Shown here one piece after another: positions 51,031-61,927 of a stretch of DNA of 64,000 nt. The stretch is taken from IMG/VR virus record IMGVR_UViG_3300042922_000886, positions 1 to 64,000 of that record. One strand, 5' to 3'. The position numbers were made by a program, and so were the translations under genes. A model generated the notes under the pieces. That model was not told the DNA's origin and did not search any database. It worked only from the letters and a program-made list of their open reading frames with translations. The stretch comes from an uncultured virus (IMG/VR IMGVR_UViG_3300042922_000886). Its lineage: Duplodnaviria; Heunggongvirae; Uroviricota; Caudoviricetes. Each line of letters begins with the position of its first letter. The stretch's first letter is position 1.

Positions 51031-52440
51031 ATGAAACTATACAAAGTTTACGAAGGTAGCATTGAAGCAATGAAAAATACGCCTTGCAAAGTTGTTATAT
51101 TTGCAGATGGGAATAACATTAAAATTTTTCAAAAAGCTTTTTATAGAAATAAATTAAGCAGACCAAACTCGATAAGAAATATAATTTTAGAAAAAACAAA
51201 AAATATCAATTCAATTGAAAGTGTTCTATATTCTTCGGGCTTCGTACCAAAGGAAGTACATTAAATGTTAATACAATACGAAAAAATTAAAGTCGGCGAT
51301 ACATTGATTTGTAATGTATTAAGTAATAATGGAATTACACAAATCGAACATATTGTAACTAGAATAGAATTTTTGGATATGTATGGAATCAGATCAGATA
51401 TTAATAAAGAAGTTGCTATTCTAGGCGCAAGTATCTTAGAACATAAAACGTCTAATAACACAACAAAATAATGCTTTCATCGTCACTTAGGAGCGAACCA
51501 CTATGCTAGACTCAAAAATTATTATGTTAATCCATAACAGAAAAGCAGAAATAAAGCAGGGGCAGAGACAACAATTAATTAAGCATGGGTTCGGAAAAAA
51601 TTCAAGGGATATTGATAAACAAGCAACGGATGCGTTTTTCAAAATGGCCGAAGAAAGCAAAGAAGACCTAAATGCTTATATTGAATTTGAAAAAGATTAT
51701 GTCGAGTGTAATCAAAGACTTATTCAGTTAAGACTTAGCAGCCAATGAAAGAAGTTTTCGCAGCCCAATGGGACATGTTATAATTGTCATAATATACATA
51801 GGCTAACACTTAACAGTCAAGGGGAATGAAACCAGTCTTTCATAGGATAACAGAGAGGATTGATAAAAATGGAAGAGGTAAAAGTAGGTTTCCAGCATCC
51901 TGATTATGGTATTCCATGTATCGCAATATGGGATGAGGATGGGGAAACATTGATGTTTGATATTGAAGATTACGAAGAAGCAGAGAAATGGAATCCCGCC
52001 GAAGACGTTGAAGCGGTTCGTCAATGGTGCATGAGGAACGCAATTAACTGTGACAGTGCAAATCGAGCAAATAATCACTTGGCATTCCTAGGAATTAAAG
52101 AGTGCATAGCCGATTAATCACCCTAAATAGGTTATAAAACAAGTATTTTATCTCATGAACAGGGGGATTGCCTGTGCGCTGCAAAGTGTCAAATGGGTAT
52201 GCAGAAATCGGAGATATTATTTCTGTTAGTGAGTATGGTAATGCGCAATATAAAGTCACTGAGTTTGGGGACTATGAAGGCGCGCCGCAAATTAGATATC
52301 GAAGGATTTTTCCTGAGACTGGTGAATTCTATCCAGATACAATTGGATCATGGATGAGCTTAGAAGATGCTTCAACGGAGTTAAGATTGGTTAGCCAAAA
52401 GAAAAAGTTTAGTCTTCGTAATTGGATTAGTGGCAGATGA
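51031..52440 (+). CDS. Five small hypothetical genes (51031-51264, 51265-51471, 51503-51748, 51860-52117, 52168-52440)
   Basis: Tandem ORFs, mostly with RBSs and separated by repeat sites. Confidence 0.55.
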
Positions 52441-52542
52441 AAACGGCATTTTATTTAGGATTTTTCTCTAATGAATTCTACATACACATTGTGGACTAGA
52501 TTAAGATGCCAAAGGATATAAAATAAAACCAATGATGTAACT

Positions 52543-52854
52543 TCAAATAAATAATGGTTTTGGTCGAACTAAAAGTATAACATTTGTGGGTTTATGTTTA
52601 TTCAATAATTCATACATTCTAAACCTTCCAAATGGGTTAGCAGAATGAATAACAATCTTTTTTGGATATGTTCTGTTCTGCACCATGTATCTAACGACTT
52701 CATAACCAGATGGTTTGCCAAAGCCTAGATCATGGTCTAATGACAATGTGTTTACCTTATACTTGGTTATAATCTTAATACATTCATCTACTGTCTGAAC
52801 ATATTTATATCCTTTTGGGCATGGACGAAGATCGTCCAAAAACACATTAATCAT
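52543..52854 (-). CDS. Cyclic-phosphate-processing receiver-domain protein
   Basis: FLDDLRPCP...LSLDHDLG...IHSANPFGR. Confidence 0.8.
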   Translation of the reverse strand: MINVFLDDLRPCPKGYKYVQTVDECIKIITKYKVNTLSLDHDLGFGKPSGYEVVRYMVQNRTYPKKIVIHSANPFGRFRMYELLNKHKPTNVILLVRPKPLFI

Positions 52855-53002
52855 AAGTTAATCACCTACAATGGAAGGTAAGATATCCTGTTATTTTATG
52901 AAGTGAGCATAATGATTGATTGGACACATCGACAAAAAAGTAATTAAATAAAAAGTATAAATAAAAAGTGTATTTCATGTGGTGAACTAGGAGTTGAAAT
53001 TG

Positions 53003-53706
53003 ATGAATAATTTGTTATGTAAATTGTCTGGACATTCACTTGATTTCTCAAAAGTTGTTGGACGACTATCAAAAACAAATTTAGTGAAATACAGATGTGT
53101 GCGATGCAACAAAATAGTTGTGTGTAGATGAAACGTATCTTTCATTATGGAGGAGTGATGAAAAATGAATCATTATAAATGGTTAGAGGAAAATCTTCCG
53201 ACATTTTTTGAAAAGATGGGAATAAATCCTGAATACTCTCACGGCGTCATAGCGGCTCATGGTGATAAATGTGAAATGGCAAGAACATTGTTTAAAAGAA
53301 ATGGATTAAAATACTGTCATGGGGTAGCCATCTATCTTTTACTAAGTTTTGAGCCATATGCTAATCAAGTACGACAAACAGTAAATGGTTGGATTGATCC
53401 ATTTGAGTGGATTGTTAATAACAAAGATAAATTCGAGCCTTACTTGTCTTAACCCAAATAACATTAATAAATAAAAAAATCTACATTTTATTCGATAACA
53501 GAGGAGGAGCAAACAACATGAAATCTTTGGTTGGGTATAATGTTAAAGTTGAAACATCCAGACAGAATTATAGCGGAGTTGTAGTTGGTCATTTATTCCA
53601 GTCCAGTAAAGTAGATGTGAAGATTACAGAAGTAATCAAAGGAAATAAGAAAGTAGGAAAAGTCGCTCGGTTCTCAATGGATCAAATTACAACGGTTTCG
53701 GCATAA
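53003..53706 (+). CDS. Three small genes (53003-53131 Cys-rich 42 aa; 53165-53452; 53518-53706)
   Basis: ORFs with GGAG RBSs, each bounded by repeat sites. Confidence 0.55.
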
Positions 53707-53739
53707 AATTTGCATTTTAACGGGAGGGAAGGGGTTAAA

Positions 53740-54093
53740 ATGATTAATCTGTATGTTGACGATCTTCGTGATTGTCCTGAAGGCTTCGTTGTTGCTCGTA
53801 CATATGAAGAAGCAATTAACCTTGTGGAAAATAACGAAATTGAAATCCTTACACTTGATCATGACCTTGGAGAAGACGCCAATGGCAAGGAACTTCCCAA
53901 TGGATATGACTTCGTTAAATGGTTCTGTGAAAACGGTAAACGAGCAAACAAAATTTATCTTCATACCGACAACCCTGTGGGTCGCAATAATATGTATGAA
54001 ACGCTTCTCGCTGCTCAAAGAAGAGGTTTTATTGATGAAGATATTGAAATTTATCATTATCCGATTACGGCAAACAAATATTCTGGGCAATGA
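53740..54093 (+). CDS. Cyclic-phosphate-processing receiver-domain protein (second copy)
   Basis: YVDDLRDCP...LTLDHDLG...LHTDNPVGR. Confidence 0.8.
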   Translation: MINLYVDDLRDCPEGFVVARTYEEAINLVENNEIEILTLDHDLGEDANGKELPNGYDFVKWFCENGKRANKIYLHTDNPVGRNNMYETLLAAQRRGFIDEDIEIYHYPITANKYSGQ

Positions 54094-54122
54094 AATATCT
54101 ATTTCATTAGGAGGACTAACGA

Positions 54123-55317
54123 ATGGTTGAAAAGAAAGATTTCGAATTATTCACTAAAACATATCTTGCAGCAGGAGAAATGTTTGATTATGACGGGGAT
54201 TCTTATGTTACGATTTCTATTCTGGAAGTAAGAAGCAATTGGGAAGGAAAATGCATCATCACAGCACTTGTTGTTAAGCAATAAAATGTCCATTTTAATT
54301 GGAGGAGTAAACGAAGATGAGATATCCTACTTTATACGATAAGGATCAGATTGAATCAATTGTGTATCGACTTGTGGGCTACTGGAACAACGATAACTAT
54401 GTACAATTTGTTAAACAATCAAATGAACTTTATGAGAAATACGGAGAGTTTCAAGCAGATGAGTTGATGAAAAAGATTAAGCAACAAATAAAATAATTGT
54501 TTTATTAACTAAAAGGAGTGAAAATAAATGAATATATGTAATGTGTATATAAATGTGTCTACTTCATTGATTGGAACATGTGATGTGGAAGTATTTTATC
54601 ATGATCCAGTATGTGATGAATGGGATATAGATGAGGATTTAACAAAGAAAAATTTGAATTCGAGAACTGAAGCTGATTTATACATCAATGAACTTTGGCA
54701 GCAAGACGACATAACTATCCGAATTCAGGATGTTAGATATTTTTAAAAGGAGGAGCAAGAAATGAGCCAACTTTACCTATCTAAACCAAGAGGCGATAAC
54801 AAACATCGTCTGTGGTTCAAATCCGAAGATCCTAAGAAGGTGAGCGAGTTTAAAGTGGCATGCTTCATGAAAATGGATATTGTTAAAGTCCAACCAATTC
54901 ACCATACGGATTCGAAGGATTTTCAAGTATTCGAATTTTGGAATGGAACATTCGATGAAATCGTTACAGAGTGTCAGAAGGTTGCTCGTATTCTAAATAT
55001 AGAATTAATATAGGTATATCTTTGACCTTTAATTATGCTTATGCTGATTTTAATATAAATGCATCGGAAGTATCTGAGTCATAAAAGGAGAAGTTACTTT
55101 CTGGGCGGATAAAATCCAAACAGGAGGCTTGGTTTGTATGTGGTTCAAGAAGAAAGAGGAGAGTTATCTTATTGATTTAGTCAAAGAACGAGATGGGTAT
55201 GTTGTGCGTAATCCATCGAACGGAGTAACAGTAAGATGCACAGAGAAATTTCTAGAATCATGGAAAGCAAGAGGTTTTGAAGTGATTTACGCAGGGAAAA
55301 TAAAGCTTATAGAATGA
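54123..55317 (+). CDS. Five small hypothetical genes (54123-54284, 54317-54496, 54528-54746, 54762-55013, 55129-55317)
   Basis: ORFs with GGAG RBSs; terminator GAGGC-GAAA-GCCTC-T at about 55323. Confidence 0.55.
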
Positions 55318-55422
55318 CGGTGGAGGCGAAAGCCTCTTTTTTGTTGTAATATTCTCAATGTGCGATTTTAAGAAATAAAAGAGCCGTTTTATTTACCGGC
55401 TCCTAGAAGTGTGTCCATATAT

Positions 55423-55794
55423 TTATACCGCTCTCTTGACGTCATTGTTAACAATCTCTTCAATATTGAAAATCAAAACTTTACTATACTCTTTTTGATA
55501 ATACTCGAGTTGCTTCATCATTTTTTCTTCTGAGGTGTGTACTTCTCCAAACACGTATCCAATTGTATTACCGGCTCTAGCAATTAACCAGTTTTCTACT
55601 TGAACATGATCCCCGTATACTATTCCCCATAGATCTAAAATTCTTTCGAAACCAATTGCAAACTTTTTACTTGTCACTATCTTTGCCTCCAATTTGTATT
55701 GCATATTGTTAGTATACATTAAGAACAAGTGTTCTGGTTGAATGTAAATAATGTCCGAAATGTCGTATGTGTACGATGAAAAATGTGGTTTCAT
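55423..55794 (-). CDS. Hypothetical protein (start uncertain)
   Basis: Reverse-oriented ORF. Confidence 0.45.
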   Translation of the reverse strand: MKPHFSSYTYDISDIIYIQPEHLFLMYTNNMQYKLEAKIVTSKKFAIGFERILDLWGIVYGDHVQVENWLIARAGNTIGYVFGEVHTSEEKMMKQLEYYQKEYSKVLIFNIEEIVNNDVKRAV

Positions 55795-55884
55795 AAATCA
55801 ATTTAATAAATAAATATACATAATAATAATGTTGTTATTGCGGTGTAATAGGTGTATAATATTAGTAAGTGGAAATAAGGAGGA

Positions 55885-56460
55885 TTGAACAGAATGGCTT
55901 GGGAGTTTGTGAAAACAAACATTGTAGGGTATGGTCGGCTGCTTGATCCAAAGGGAAAGGAATATAATGTTCAATACAATAATGAAGGAAATATAGAAGT
56001 TACAACGATTAAGCGTAATACAATAGTAAAAATTCCTCAGAAGGTACATAGAATGATTACCGAAAAAGTCTATAATACATGAGTGGATAAAAGGGTTATT
56101 TCAATTGGTTAATAAAGTTGGTTTGAATAAATTATTGGAGGCGTTTATTGTAATATGATAACTAACAATCGTAACGAGATAGTGCAAAAATCCTTTCAAT
56201 TGCAAGTTAGACTTTCTAAAATGGCTAAAGAGGATAATCAGAATGAATTATTAAAAGCTTTACATAGCAATCATAACCAATTAAGACTTGATTATCGAAT
56301 GAAAAGAATTTCATTTGAACAATTTCACGATGGATTTTTGTTAGTTAGCAATACTCTTGGTGAGATAGACAGGATTAGCACGGAGATACTAATGGATGCA
56401 GTTGAAAAGTTAGGACAGATGTCTTTATTGCATGGACGTCAAAATGTGGGGATAAAATGA
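55885..56460 (+). CDS. Two hypothetical genes (55885-56082, 56155-56460)
   Basis: Promoter -10 TATAAT at about 55855; GGAGG RBSs. Confidence 0.55.
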
Positions 56461-56497
56461 CTGTTTCATCATCTTCAATGCTTCAGGAGGATTACAT

Positions 56498-56749
56498 ATG
56501 GCAAAAGCAAAAATACCAAAGCGGACAACTCGAGATGAATTTGTAATGGAAGAATTAGGGGACCAAATATCTGAAGCATTTAACGAAAAATCGGAAGTTC
56601 TTTTGACCATATGGGGATGGGAGCAACAATTGCGCGGAACGATAGTGCATTTAGATTCTCGAACAGGTAAGGTTCACGTTCAGAAACAGAATGAAACTGT
56701 TAAAGTTCCTTTCATGGATATTATGCAATTGGATTATCCGAGAGATTAG
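56498..56749 (+). CDS. yolD: YolD-like family protein
   Basis: RDEFVMEELG...LTIWG...GTIVHLD...KVPFMDI. Confidence 0.75.
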   Translation: MAKAKIPKRTTRDEFVMEELGDQISEAFNEKSEVLLTIWGWEQQLRGTIVHLDSRTGKVHVQKQNETVKVPFMDIMQLDYPRD

Positions 56750-56773
56750 AATCGAACAGTTTTTTCGGGATCA

Positions 56774-57022
56774 ATGAGGGGAGTTACAATGAAATACATA
56801 ATGCCAACATCCGACTGGATAAACTCGCTTAATATTGGTGATACAGTACTTGAAGTAACGACACCAAGAATCGGAGAAGATGCGTTAATAAAAGAAGTTA
56901 GAGTTAAATCTATATCGAAAACCGGAATAATTTCAGTTGAAGGAAGCAGCAACACTTTCAAAGATGGATATCGGAGAGGGTTTCAACACTCTGGAAACTG
57001 TTGGCTTCAACCGATATCATAA
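56774..57022 (+). CDS. Hypothetical beta-barrel protein
   Basis: LNIGDTV...VKSISKTGIISV. Confidence 0.55.
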   Translation: MRGVTMKYIMPTSDWINSLNIGDTVLEVTTPRIGEDALIKEVRVKSISKTGIISVEGSSNTFKDGYRRGFQHSGNCWLQPIS

Positions 57023-57035
57023 AGGAGAAGAAGAA

Positions 57036-57278
57036 ATGAAAGTTCCAGCACATATTAAGGAATGTATAAGAAAAAATGCAAAAGCCAATGATATTGCGAG
57101 AAAAACAGATGATGTGATACGTGATTGGTGACTGAAGAAGAATATTTGCAATGACTCAATCATAGACCAACTAATCGATTGTTGTGACAATACAAATAAT
57201 CCTGAAAGTTTCATATTGTTTTTAGAGAATGAAGCTTCTTTTTTTGAAGGAAACGATGATGAGTATTTAGAGAATTGA
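57036..57278 (+). pseudogene. Small gene with internal TGA
   Basis: MKVPAHIKE...IRDW*LKKNICND...YLEN; stop at 57129-57131. Confidence 0.55.
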
Positions 57279-57363
57279 AATTAATTGATTTCTTAACGAA
57301 ATAGAGAAGGAGAGTATTATGAAAGAGTTTTTGATTTGATTCAAAAGGCAAAAGGGGATTAGT

Positions 57364-57855
57364 ATGAACTTTCTTGAACAGTTGGCGAATGAGTGGTACT
57401 CGTATACGGATCATTTTGTTCGCAATAATATTAAGTTTGATAAGCGTCCAAATGGAGGCTACAATGGAGAAATTGATGTAATAGCATTTAATTATAAGGA
57501 AAATCAACTAATTCACATTGAAGCTTCTATGGATGCTAATCAAAATGAAAAACGAGTTATTGGCTTCAATAAGAAATTCCGTTTAACACTAGGGGAATAC
57601 AACGAACTGTTGAAAACCGAGGCTACGAATATAAAGAAAATTGCAATAGTAGGCATATCGAAAACAGCAATTGATTTTGGAAACGGAATTCAGCATATTA
57701 CTGTACCTGATTTTGTAAACAATATAACGAATAGAATTAAGAACATTGATCCAATGAAAGCAGCAATTCCAGAAGGCTTCCCGTTGATGAGAGCAATCCA
57801 ATTTTCAAATTATTATATAAATAAAACAAAGGATGAAATTATCGTTAGGCAATGA
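57364..57855 (+). CDS. PD-(D/E)XK nuclease-like protein
   Basis: LEQLANEWY...GEIDVIAF...IHIEASMD. Confidence 0.55.
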   Translation: MNFLEQLANEWYSYTDHFVRNNIKFDKRPNGGYNGEIDVIAFNYKENQLIHIEASMDANQNEKRVIGFNKKFRLTLGEYNELLKTEATNIKKIAIVGISKTAIDFGNGIQHITVPDFVNNITNRIKNIDPMKAAIPEGFPLMRAIQFSNYYINKTKDEIIVRQ

Positions 57856-57888
57856 AATGGTTCTTTTAATGGGAGGTTGAATTGAATA

Positions 57889-58441
57889 ATGATGAAACAA
57901 GATTTCATTAAGCAAGTTTTCACTAAGATCGAATCCAAAGGATTTACGGTATTTGAAGGGGAACAAAAATCTGAGGCAGTGCATGTAAAGGTTCTACATA
58001 ATCAAACGGCTCACTCGTATGATTTAAAACTCCAATTTAAGAATGATAACTACGATGGTTTTGAATTGGGTGGAGATCAGGAGGTTGAGCATGTAACTCG
58101 AAAAAATTACGAAACCTTTGATATAATGAATCAGATCGAATCGTCTATAAGGGAAGTTTTGTTTCGACGATAATAGGCATGTTATTTCTTAAAAATTTGG
58201 ACGTGATTCAGTGAGTAAATGCAATTATATATCTTTAAAAGATTTAATTAAAAAACTCATTCTCGATTCTCACGATGATGGTTATGTGCTTCTGTACGAT
58301 GGTGTTGAATGTATTGTACGTAGTTTTGATCGATTTATTTTAGATTATTGTGTAGACAAAGACTATTTCGCTCCATACTTCAGTTATTATATTGCCGAAG
58401 ACACAAAATACTTTGATGATTTTAAATGGAGATATGTATAA
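57889..58441 (+). CDS. Two hypothetical genes (57889-58173, 58211-58441)
   Basis: Tandem ORFs ending at a bidirectional hairpin AAAACCATGC...GCATGGTTTT (58446-58475). Confidence 0.55.
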
Positions 58442-58458
58442 ATAAAAAACCATGCTGC

Positions 58459-58944
58459 TTAAACGGCATGGTTTTGGTTTGTTCCATCGAGAATCCCAAG
58501 TTTACGGGCATTTTCAATTATTTTGAGCATGTTTTTAAAATCTTCATTTATCTTGATTTCCGGCTTATTTTCTAATTTTATCGTTAGTTCTTCATTTTCT
58601 TTTCTCAATTTATCGATTACATGCTCCATCAATTGTAAGGCTTCAAGAATGTCTGAGATGGGGATGAAATTGTTTTCAGTTACTGTTGGAATAGGATCTG
58701 CTTTAATTTTCGGTTTAACCGCAACAGTATTTTTTCGTTCCATTTTTGCCTCTTTAATCTCTTTCTCATAACGTTTTCTTACTTCGCTATTCCATCTGAA
58801 CCCAGCTGCTGCCGAAGTCCTTTCGAGGCGTTCTGCGACCTCCAAAAATGCCTTTAATTGTGTACTGCCATCTCTTATATGTTGAAGTACAGTTTCAGCT
58901 AAAAGTAAGTCGTCCTCTAAAGTCCATTGATCTTTTCTTTCCAA
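58459..58944 (-). CDS. rsfA: RsfA-family sporulation transcriptional regulator
   Basis: [63 protein letters not shown] before TTG at 58944. Confidence 0.88.
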   Translation of the reverse strand: MERKDQWTLEDDLLLAETVLQHIRDGSTQLKAFLEVAERLERTSAAAGFRWNSEVRKRYEKEIKEAKMERKNTVAVKPKIKADPIPTVTENNFIPISDILEALQLMEHVIDKLRKENEELTIKLENKPEIKINEDFKNMLKIIENARKLGILDGTNQNHAV

Positions 58945-59040
58945 TTGTTCCACCTCAACTTTTAAGTTATTGTTATCCAGTATATTCATTTATGTGAACT
59001 ATATTCATTGGGACAAAATGTAGTTGACAAAATTTAAAAT

Positions 59041-59067
59041 AGAACAAATGTTCTATTGTGTTATAAT
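59041..59067 (+). promoter_or_regulatory. LexA (Cheo) box overlapping the mazF promoter
   Basis: AGAAC-AAAT-GTTCT at 59041-59054; TG-n-TATAAT at 59059-59067. Confidence 0.7.
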
Positions 59068-59139
59068 CATTTACACTATATAATAGGTACATGGATATAA
59101 ATAAATGATAATAATACTATTATACAAGGAGTCGATATT

Positions 59140-59553
59140 ATGGCGGTTGCAATGATGGAAAGAGCATCAATTAATATTCATCAAACTAACTTTACTGCAC
59201 CAAAAACAATCCATAGAGGCGATATCTATTTTGCGGATTTAGGCGATGGAAGAGGATCAATTCAAGGAGGAGTTCGGCCAGTACTTATTATTCAAAATGA
59301 TATTGGAAATCGATTCAGCCCTACCGTTATCATCGCGCCTATTACAGCTCAAATTCAAAAAGCGAAGCTGCCGACTCATGTAGTGCTATCGGCAATAAAG
59401 TATGGACTCGAAAGAGATTCTGTTGTACTGTTTGAGCAAATACAGACAATAAATAAGTCCGAACTTGGTGATAAGATTGCGCATATCAGTAGCCGAGACA
59501 TGAAGGAGATCATTCAAAGTGCAATGCAGATTAGTATTGGTTTGGTCCACTAA
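59140..59553 (+). CDS. mazF: MazF/PemK endoribonuclease toxin (NdoA-like), orphan
   Basis: RGDIYFADL...QGGVRPVLIIQNDIGNRFSPTVIIAPITAQIQKAKLPTHV. Confidence 0.93.
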   Translation: MAVAMMERASINIHQTNFTAPKTIHRGDIYFADLGDGRGSIQGGVRPVLIIQNDIGNRFSPTVIIAPITAQIQKAKLPTHVVLSAIKYGLERDSVVLFEQIQTINKSELGDKIAHISSRDMKEIIQSAMQISIGLVH

Positions 59554-59730
59554 TAAAAAGGGATTGATCTGATATGTCGAGGATAACTTAGCCTGATTGG
59601 TGTATGACACTGGTCAGGCTAAAATTATAAAACAGGAAATTTATAGTTGACTTAAATAAAATAAAAGTATATAATAAAATTAATCAAAATCATATTACAT
59701 AAGATCAAATGAAACTATTATTTTTATTGG

Positions 59731-60503
59731 GTGGTGAAGAAGATGAACACAATAATTGAACTTAAGAATGTGTGGATCAATAAGTCATCAACTAAAGAAG
59801 ATTTTTATTTCTGGAGTGCTCGGTATTTAAGTGGAAAGTACGGTGAGGATTATCAGAAAGCAGCGAGAGAAATTGGTGAAATGATTGTAGAACTTCAACT
59901 TACTCGAATCCAATCAAACAAGATTTGGGCAAAAGCGAAGGCGATGCATTCAAGATGAAATAATCCTTTCAATTGGGAGATGATGAAACATGGCAAAGAA
60001 ACCGAAATGCAAAGTGTGTGATCGTGAAATTGACACTAGAAAATACTCGCATTATAAATTCGGCCATGACTTCGTGTGTTATGTTGAAGCCACAGAGGAT
60101 TGCGTTGTTCAATACACTGGACAACATTTCAGAGAAAAGGGCGATGGATCTGGTCGTTTGAGTGGTGATGATTATGAGTAGGATAACAATCAAGGAATAT
60201 AGAGCGTCCAAAGGCGGAGATTACGATTGTTATAAGTTATCTAACGGTCAAAAGTATTGGTTATGGCTAAAGGCTCCCTTTAGAGGTGGGGATGCGGCAC
60301 TTGTACATATAGTTACGGACGACGACAAAGAGGTTGGGACTGTGTTCCTAGAGAAAAACATCAGCAGCGTGAGGATGGGCTTTGAGGGAACAGGTAAATT
60401 AATTGAGGTTCCGATAACAGTAATGCAAGATGTTAGGCCGAATAAGAAGTATTACTTTGATAAGATTGTAAGAAACCTATTAATAAAGGAGATGAATCAT
60501 TGA
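59731..60503 (+). CDS. Three hypothetical genes (59731-59958, 59990-60181, 60162-60503)
   Basis: Promoter TTGACT-17-TATAAT at 59647-59675; coupled ORFs. Confidence 0.55.
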
Positions 60504-60925
60504 GCACACTTGAACAAGCAATAATCGTCGCTGCCGATGGGCATCAAGGTCAATATGATAAAGCCGGACTACCGTACATATTCCATCCATTACGAGTAAT
60601 GATGGCTTTAACCACCGAAGAAGAACAGATCGTTGGGGTATTGCACGATGTTCTAGAAGATACGGTTATTACAGAAGATAGGTTAAGGTACTTCGGATTT
60701 TCTGAATTGATTATCGAGGCTGTGAAAAGCGTGACAAGACGTGAAGGAGAAAGTTATTCAGTATTTATTCGTCGGTGTAAGGAAAATGAAATCGGTGTAA
60801 AAGTTAAGATCGTGGATCTGAAGGATAATATGAACATCTCTAGGATTCCCAATCCGTCTCAAGAAGACTTCAGACGGATTGAAAAATACAAAAAGGCACT
60901 AGCAATATTGCTTGACGAAGAATGA
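60500..60925 (+). CDS. HD-domain phosphohydrolase (RelA/SpoT hydrolase/Mesh1-like)
   Basis: HQGQYDKAGLPYIFHP...VLHDVLEDT...VKIVDLKDN. Confidence 0.85.
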   Translation: MSTLEQAIIVAADGHQGQYDKAGLPYIFHPLRVMMALTTEEEQIVGVLHDVLEDTVITEDRLRYFGFSELIIEAVKSVTRREGESYSVFIRRCKENEIGVKVKIVDLKDNMNISRIPNPSQEDFRRIEKYKKALAILLDEE

Positions 60926-60962
60926 AACGAATCTTTTATTGAGAGAGGATGAATAAAAAAAA

Positions 60963-61205
60963 ATGAAACTGAAATTCGTGCAAACTCCACATAATTCCAT
61001 TCGGGTATGGATGCTATTCGATGAGGATCATAAAGATGTAATGATAAAATCGAGAGAATTTAACTTTTTCCAATTCATCTGAATATGGGGTGGATTTGAC
61101 AAAGTGGAAAGAGACATGTTTTCGTGGGAATTACCATTGTCGATAAAAGATTATATCAAGAAAAAATTCGCCCATTACCCAGATTGCCAAATCAATATAT
61201 TGTGA
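60963..61205 (+). pseudogene. Small gene with internal TGA
   Basis: MKLKFVQ...FQFI*IWGGFD...NIL; stop at 61080-61082. Confidence 0.45.
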
Positions 61206-61251
61206 TTAATATAAAAATGTGAGTTCAATTGAGAATGGGTGAGCTGGACGA

Positions 61252-61665
61252 ATGAACGCTAAGGGGTATCGTCATACGTTGGATGATTTAATTAAGGCAG
61301 AAGTTAAAAAAAGAAAACAAAACAACGTTAGCAATGCTTCTGTGCAAGGAGTTATGCAGGATTTGGCTGATTACTGCAAAATAACAACTGATGCAATTTA
61401 TAATTATAGAAAATATAAAGCCATTCCTCTATTAGCTATAGCTTACAGAATGGCTGAGTATTTAGGAGTAACTGTTTTGGAATTGTACCAAATCGAAAAT
61501 TACGAATCAGCTTTAGGTAAAAGAAATGAACATGGAATAGGTAGAGGGAGGAAAAAAGAAGATTATAATAAGAATTGCAAAGAATGTGGTGAAATTGGTT
61601 ATGCGAAAGGTTTTTGTTTGAAGCACTATCAACAGCACAGGAGATTCAAATTAAATAAATTATGA
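61252..61665 (+). CDS. XRE-like HTH protein with C-terminal Zn finger
   Basis: DLADYC...PLLAIAYRMAEYLGV; CKECG..AKGFCLKHY. Confidence 0.7.
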   Translation: MNAKGYRHTLDDLIKAEVKKRKQNNVSNASVQGVMQDLADYCKITTDAIYNYRKYKAIPLLAIAYRMAEYLGVTVLELYQIENYESALGKRNEHGIGRGRKKEDYNKNCKECGEIGYAKGFCLKHYQQHRRFKLNKL

Positions 61666-61714
61666 TTCAAGTTGCGTCTATTATCAAAATATTTTATGGG
61701 GAGATGGGCTTACA

Positions 61715-61909
61715 ATGACAACACTAAAATCGAGCCGTGGAAAAGCAACTTTGAACAACGAAGAAATGGAAGAAGTATAGGAACAGATTAATGGTGAAGT
61801 CTGGAAGTTGATTTCCGCCACTAACCTCAAAGATATTGGAAGGCTGACAGACAATAATGGTTTCTACAAGTATGTCGAACAATTTAAAAATACACAAAAA
61901 CAATTCTAA
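61715..61909 (+). pseudogene. Small gene with internal TAG
   Basis: MTTLKSS...EEV*EQINGEVW...KQF; stop at 61778-61780. Confidence 0.4.
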
Positions 61910-61927
61910 TAGAAAAAATAGAAAGGT

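Noticed and set aside
56752..56767. LexA box near yolD
   Set aside because: GAAC-AGTT-TTTC is imperfect and lies downstream of the gene; it may be a degenerate junction repeat.
57129..61780. Stop-codon reassignment as an explanation for internal stops
   Set aside because: TGA and TAG terminate many intact genes in the window, and no suppressor tRNA is visible.
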